Source: an uncultured virus (IMG/VR IMGVR_UViG_3300036970_000191)
Lineage: Duplodnaviria; Heunggongvirae; Uroviricota; Caudoviricetes
Direction: 5' to 3' (one strand)
DNA: 20,000 bases
IMG/VR virus record: IMGVR_UViG_3300036970_000191
The notes beneath the pieces are model-generated. The model was not told the origin of the DNA. It did no database searches and saw nothing but the letters and a program-made list of their open reading frames with translations. Of this stretch, positions 17,182-20,000 are shown piece by piece. The position numbers were made by a program, and so were the translations under genes. The first letter of the stretch is position 1, and every line of letters starts with the position of its first letter.

Positions 17182-18483
17182 ATGCCAATCATCACCCCAA
17201 GTACGTCAGAAGCGCTCCCTCCAGAGCAGCTCTCGGCCAATTCAAAGATCGAAACCTCGACCTATCGAACCAGTCTGGTTGACCCCAGGGAATACCCCCG
17301 TGGTACCATCCTCACCAACATTCAAGGCAATCCACTTCGTGTAGATTACTACTCGCAAGTGCTGGGTTCTGATGAATCCGCAGCGCAATATGACCCTGGA
17401 CAGACTGCCGTTTATCAGCAGTACCTGCACATCAGCAATTTTGAATTGCGGATGCAAGGAGGACTTAGCGCCACCAATGATTCCACCACCAGCGAAATGT
17501 CGCTTGAAGGGACAGCGATTCTCTACCCAGGCATCATCCCCAATCGAGGCGATGTGATTCTAACCGATGTGGGTGATGGACGAGCCGGTATCTTTGGCGT
17601 CACCAACGTTGAGAAGAAAACGCTTTTTAAGCAAGCGGCTTATGAAATCACGTTCAAGATGCTTCGGTATTTAACCGCGCTTGAAAAGAAAGACCTGCTT
17701 CAAAAGACCGTTGAAGAATACGTCTTTAGAAAGGATTACATCACCTACGGGCGTTATCCGTTCATCACAAGACAGGATGAGCTTGAGTCCAAGAACCTTT
17801 CGGTTTTGCTCAGTGAATTGCGCACCATGTTCTTAAACCACTTCTACTCCCAAAAGAACCGCTGCATTCTACTGCCTTCTCAGCAGATGCTCACGTACGA
17901 CCCTTATTTGGCCAAAGCCTTCTTAAGGGTGGTGAATGTTGAAGATGACACGCGTATCCCCAAGATCAAACTCTTGAACGTTGATGACCACGGTCTAAAC
18001 AGCGTACGCAGTCCCTGGGACATGTTGCTCGATCGCAACAACGACCTACGCTCTTTTGTCTTTAAAAAGGCAGGACTCATCACTTCAGGTAACTTTAGCA
18101 ACAACGCGCTTTTAAAGTCCATTCGTTACACTGACGTTGACTACGTGGTCGTACCCGATGATGTTCCGCTCAACGTCGACTTTGAACACCTTGCGCCACC
18201 CAAGCCAACGATTGGCCTCTTCACCGACGCTTACAGTCAGGACAATCTGGTCAATGTGGGAAATGACAGTGATTACCTTTTCACAGAAGCCTTCTATGCC
18301 AATGACAAGCCCGCTATGAGCGTTTTCGAGAGAATGGTAGATAGATACCTCAATCACGAACACAATGCCTATAACGAGCTTGTAGAGGCCGTACGACAGG
18401 TCAAGCAAACCACCCTCGTCAATCGTGCTTATGGCATCGTGGTACTCATGATTCTTTTGATTGCCGAGATGCGAAATGAATGA
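17182..18483 (+). CDS. Virion structural protein (phiKZ gp99 / SPN3US gp62-like); possibly head-closure/neck
   Basis: 433 aa with AGGA RBS. Motifs VDYYSQVLG, PNRGDVILTDVGDGRAGIFGVT and TYDPYL. Synteny fits gp99. Confidence 0.75.
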   Translation: MPIITPSTSEALPPEQLSANSKIETSTYRTSLVDPREYPRGTILTNIQGNPLRVDYYSQVLGSDESAAQYDPGQTAVYQQYLHISNFELRMQGGLSATNDSTTSEMSLEGTAILYPGIIPNRGDVILTDVGDGRAGIFGVTNVEKKTLFKQAAYEITFKMLRYLTALEKKDLLQKTVEEYVFRKDYITYGRYPFITRQDELESKNLSVLLSELRTMFLNHFYSQKNRCILLPSQQMLTYDPYLAKAFLRVVNVEDDTRIPKIKLLNVDDHGLNSVRSPWDMLLDRNNDLRSFVFKKAGLITSGNFSNNALLKSIRYTDVDYVVVPDDVPLNVDFEHLAPPKPTIGLFTDAYSQDNLVNVGNDSDYLFTEAFYANDKPAMSVFERMVDRYLNHEHNAYNELVEAVRQVKQTTLVNRAYGIVVLMILLIAEMRNE

Positions 18484-19060
18484 GGAAAAAACAAAGCCGT
18501 TGTTGCCAGGGGAAAAAGATACCCCTTGCTATCAGCTCTTTCACACGCTGTTTTTGGTGAAGGTGCCACAGATCGCGCTTTATTCGCCGGATTACCTTAG
18601 GACCTTTGGCGTGGTGACCTCGGGGGACAAAGACCTCGACGATCACCTCATGATGTCCATGGTTGACACCTACCTCACCATCAATTCAATGATTGAGATT
18701 CGCAGGCGGGGCTATTCTGTAGGCATCGTTGGCGAATATGACAAAGCGTACATGATCGTGGTCAACCACCTCTACGACTGGATCGACATCTTAAAGGAGC
18801 CGCTTTGTTATCGAAAGCCCCCACCCATTGAAGACATCAAGGACCTTGATCAGTTGGCCCAGGACCTTTACCCGTTTGTTTCAATCAAACTGCTGACCCA
18901 GCAGGAGAAAGAACAGAAGGTCAGTCAGCGGACCTACCTAAGCCGGGGAACCAAACCGGCCAATCTGGTCGAAGGCAATGCTGCTGTTTATTCCCCGGTA
19001 CTCAGGGAATACATTGAAGTCTACGAGGCGAAATATGGACGTGTTGGACTCGGCGCTTAA
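18476..19060 (+). CDS. Conserved jumbo-phage protein (phiKZ gp100-like), 194 aa
   Basis: ATG at 18476 overlaps the end of the previous gene (ATGAATGA). Motifs YLRTFGVVTSGDKDLD, TINSMIE and PPIEDIKDLDQLAQDLY. Confidence 0.7.
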   Translation: MNEEKTKPLLPGEKDTPCYQLFHTLFLVKVPQIALYSPDYLRTFGVVTSGDKDLDDHLMMSMVDTYLTINSMIEIRRRGYSVGIVGEYDKAYMIVVNHLYDWIDILKEPLCYRKPPPIEDIKDLDQLAQDLYPFVSIKLLTQQEKEQKVSQRTYLSRGTKPANLVEGNAAVYSPVLREYIEVYEAKYGRVGLGA

Positions 19061-20000
19061 GCCAGAAATCTCCAAGGTTCTAAATGCCCCCAGGCCCAGG
19101 GTGTTTAACCACTGGACCGCTGTGTTGCACTGTGGGAATGAAAACATCAAACCCATGTACGTTGATGAAGTCAACCTCATGCGCAATTACGCCAAGAGCT
19201 TTGGAGAAAACCTTTCAATCACCCTGACCATCCCAGAAGGCGATTTTAACTTCATGGTTTACCCCAATCGGGAGAAACTACAGATCACCTTAAAGCAAGA
19301 ACCCTTGCATTCAGGCACAGGCTTTGTTAAAAACCGTGACGACACCGTCAAGACCAAACGCTATAACGCGGTGTTGATGGACCAGCGTTCAAGCGTCATT
19401 GAACAAAACTCCCCCACGGTTGCCAGTCGACAAACTGCCAACCGAATGAACTTCATTCGTGTGCAAATTCAGTTGGTTGACCCGATCCTTGATTATATCC
19501 GCAAGTCAACCTTTGGCGCAACCTTCAGACAAACCACAGGGGCAACAGCGCTAAGGGCTTTTCTTGGGTACATCTCACAAACGGTTACTGAAGGGACCGA
19601 AAGACGTGTCTCTGGGGTTGATGTCTGCGAAGGGTTTAACCCCAAGGTCATTGAACAATGCACCGTCCCGCATCAGACGCCCATGGAAAAGGTCCCCTTG
19701 ATCATTGACCAGGAATCAGGCGGCATCTATCCAACGGGAATGCGTTATTTCCTTCAGGAAGACCATTGGTTCATCTACCCCATCTACGACATCAGACGCT
19801 ACGACAAGTCTGCACGGGTGGTCAATTTGATCAACGTGCCCAGAGGAAGACTGACCGGGATTGAAACGTCGTATCGTCAGACGCAAAATCAGGTGATCAT
19901 TCTGGCCACAGGGGAGGCAAAACAGTTTGACCCCTCACAGGCCCTTCGTTTGCAAGAAGGCAACGCGGTTCGCTACATAGACGCTGTTCAGCTATTTGAT
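19035..20000 (+). CDS. Baseplate hub-like structural protein (phiKZ gp101-like), 3'-truncated by the window edge
   Basis: Absent from the ORF track because it has no stop in the window. ATG at 19035 after GAGG; reads MDVLDSALKPEISKVL...GGIYPTGMRYFLQEDHWFIYPIYD...QEGNAVRYIDAVQLFD to the end of the window. Confidence 0.75.
   Translation, partial: MDVLDSALKPEISKVLNAPRPRVFNHWTAVLHCGNENIKPMYVDEVNLMRNYAKSFGENLSITLTIPEGDFNFMVYPNREKLQITLKQEPLHSGTGFVKNRDDTVKTKRYNAVLMDQRSSVIEQNSPTVASRQTANRMNFIRVQIQLVDPILDYIRKSTFGATFRQTTGATALRAFLGYISQTVTEGTERRVSGVDVCEGFNPKVIEQCTVPHQTPMEKVPLIIDQESGGIYPTGMRYFLQEDHWFIYPIYDIRRYDKSARVVNLINVPRGRLTGIETSYRQTQNQVIILATGEAKQFDPSQALRLQEGNAVRYIDAVQLFD

Noticed and set aside
10590..18475. 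ORF-track start codons at 10590, 11240 and 18461 (also 7524 on the minus strand)
   Set aside because: Downstream ATGs (10659, 11252, 18476, 7518) fit RBS position, stop/start coupling or paralog alignment better.
1..20000. Stop-codon reassignment, as in some large phages
   Set aside because: TAG, TGA and TAA all end genes at sensible boundaries next to RBSs or terminators, and coding density is high under the standard code.

Overview
This window is part of the virion-structural region of a phiKZ/SPN3US-like jumbo phage (Chimalliviridae-type), read in the standard genetic code. Gene order: partial head-region gene; a 1382-aa head/ejection protein; two minus-strand baseplate genes (phiKZ gp87/gp88-like); gp89/gp90/gp91-like inner-body genes; two paralogous internal head proteins (gp93-like) with acidic propeptides and S/A-x-E protease sites; a separately transcribed Ala/Pro/Glu-rich gene; then gp98-, gp99-, gp100- and gp101-like genes, with an ADP-ribosyltransferase-like ORF inserted between gp98 and gp99. 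Homology labels come from recalled motifs, sizes and synteny, not from a database search. Highlights: (1) the 1382-aa ORF looks like a polyprotein of three fused [propeptide - SLE/ALE - hydrophobic helix - helical body] head-protein modules; (2) the paralog pair has near-identical DNA anchors around a divergent core; (3) a moron-like early cassette is flanked by related hairpins; (4) two perfect 32-bp CCTAGG-centred palindromes; (5) an ART-like gene is translationally coupled within a structural operon.
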